Positions 62,842 through 64,000 of a stretch of 64,000 nucleotides of DNA are shown here, piece after piece. The DNA lies in the NCBI GenBank assembly GCA_003707115.1, contig PPNB01000006.1, positions 124,001 through 188,000 on the forward strand. The letters run 5' to 3'. Made by a program: the position numbers and the translations under genes. Source of the stretch: Tortispora ganteri (lineage: Eukaryota). A model generated the notes under the pieces. It was not told where the DNA came from. It made no database searches and saw nothing but the letters and a program-made list of their open reading frames with translations. How positions within the stretch are numbered: the stretch's first letter is position 1; each line of letters opens with the position of its first letter.

Positions 62842-64000
62842 TTAAGTAGTCCAACCAGTAGCTAGCCTTACTGCTTTTTCCCATAGCTGTATTTTACTCG
62901 AACGTTCAGCTTTCGTAGACGTCGATTCAAATCTCGTAATGTTGTATGCAGACATATGATCCAATTCTTCTATAGATTTCCATATTCCAGCACCTATACC
63001 TGCAGCCAATGCTGCTCCAAAAGCTGAAGACTCTTTCATCAATGGTCGTAAAAGAGGGAATCCAAGAATGTCTGCCTGAATCTGGCAAAACTCATCAGAT
63101 GCACTCATACCGCCATCAACCCGCAGCTCCTTCACAGAACCTGCACCAGGTTCGCCAGTACTAGCTGCATCAGCAGACATAGAAATCATGATAGCATCGG
63201 CCTGAAAACAAATAGCTTCAATCAGAGCCCGTATAATATGAGCCTTAGTAGTAAAGCTAGTAATTCCAAATACTGTGCCACGTACGCTGTCTATCCAGTA
63301 TGGAGCAAATAGTCCAGAAAAGCCCGTAACAAACACTACTCCACCTGTATCAGGTACACTGGCTGCCAAAGGTCCCACTTCTTTAGCATCCTGTATGAGA
63401 CCCATACGGTCTTTGGCCCATTGTAACGCTGATCCAGCAACTGCTATGCTTCCTTCCAACGCGTACACGGGTTTCATGCCTTTAAAATGGTATCCCACAG
63501 TCGTTAGGAGCCCGTTTGACGACATCACAGGCTCGTTACCTGTATTATACAGTATAAACGCACCCGTTCCGTAAGTTGCTTTACATTGACCGACATTAAA
63601 TGCCTTTTGCCCTACTAATGCCGCCGATTGGTCTCCGAGGCATCCACTGACAGGACAATTCTGCAATTTACCAAACCCCAATGTACAATACTTTTCAGCT
63701 GAACTGACAATTTTAGGCAGTTTAACACCTTCCAATCCAAAGAATTTAATTAAAGCAGGGTCATATTCAAGCTTTTTGATGTCTATAAGCAAATATCGTG
63801 AAGCGTTCGATGCGTCTGTCACATGAATCCCACCGTCTTTGGCGCCGCTGAAATTGTATAGCAGCCATGAGTCGACAGTGCCTGCCATAAGTGTACCAGC
63901 TTCTTTGGCAGTTCTCACATCAGGCACATTATCTAATAGCCACCTCAATTTCACTGCAAAAAAGTACGATGAAATATTCAGACCGGTTGTCTTGCGGACA
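62842..64000 (-). CDS. GUT1: Glycerol kinase, C-terminal part (5' end outside window)
   Basis: GTVDSWL, TDASNASR, GDQSAALVGQ, KATYGTG, YALEGS, FSGLFAPYW and VDGGM. Confidence 0.95.
   Translation of the reverse strand, partial: VRKTTGLNISSYFFAVKLRWLLDNVPDVRTAKEAGTLMAGTVDSWLLYNFSGAKDGGIHVTDASNASRYLLIDIKKLEYDPALIKFFGLEGVKLPKIVSSAEKYCTLGFGKLQNCPVSGCLGDQSAALVGQKAFNVGQCKATYGTGAFILYNTGNEPVMSSNGLLTTVGYHFKGMKPVYALEGSIAVAGSALQWAKDRMGLIQDAKEVGPLAASVPDTGGVVFVTGFSGLFAPYWIDSVRGTVFGITSFTTKAHIIRALIEAICFQADAIMISMSADAASTGEPGAGSVKELRVDGGMSASDEFCQIQADILGFPLLRPLMKESSAFGAALAAGIGAGIWKSIEELDHMSAYNITRFESTSTKAERSSKIQLWEKAVRLATGWTT

Noticed and set aside
1..64000. tRNA, rRNA, transposons, CRISPR arrays, alternative CUG code
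   Set aside because: No cloverleafs, LTR/TIR elements, RT or transposase ORFs, or repeat-spacer arrays were seen. CTG aligns with conserved Leu in KRE33 (PALIRNG, QLPNL).

Overview
Compact, intron-poor fungal chromosome segment, most consistent with an early-diverging budding yeast (inference from gene content, short introns with GTAAGT/GTACGT donors and (T)ACTAAC branch sites). CTG is read as Leu at conserved KRE33 positions, so the code is standard. About 32 protein-coding genes, mostly conserved housekeeping: KRE33 (partial), ATG14-like, BNA5, DUF3237, DUS2, a membrane alpha/beta-hydrolase-fold protein, CKS1, RSC4-like, CDC1, ALG12, ENA, UBP9/13, an orphan, CPD1, SDD2, CPR6, TMEM205-like, a 4-exon DTD1 missed by the ORF track, HSP104, NVJ2-like, SUI1, SLA2, NADP-isocitrate dehydrogenase, OM45-like, an orphan, a FunK1-family kinase, MED12, Asterix, RGD1, AtuA-like, GUT2 and GUT1 (partial). 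The most interesting structure is the ~2.7 kb region upstream of the NADP-IDH gene. A proximal first exon encodes a consensus PTS2. A distal multi-intron unit ends in a same-phase donor that could supply a mitochondrial presequence or a cytosolic N-terminus, or could instead encode a spliced 20-aa micropeptide. Other points: an HRD->HRN FunK1 pseudokinase candidate, a GUT1-GUT2 pair next to an AtuA-like gene, eIF1 autoregulation signatures, and Rim101/PacC sites upstream of ENA. I found no tRNA, rRNA, transposon or CRISPR features by eye.
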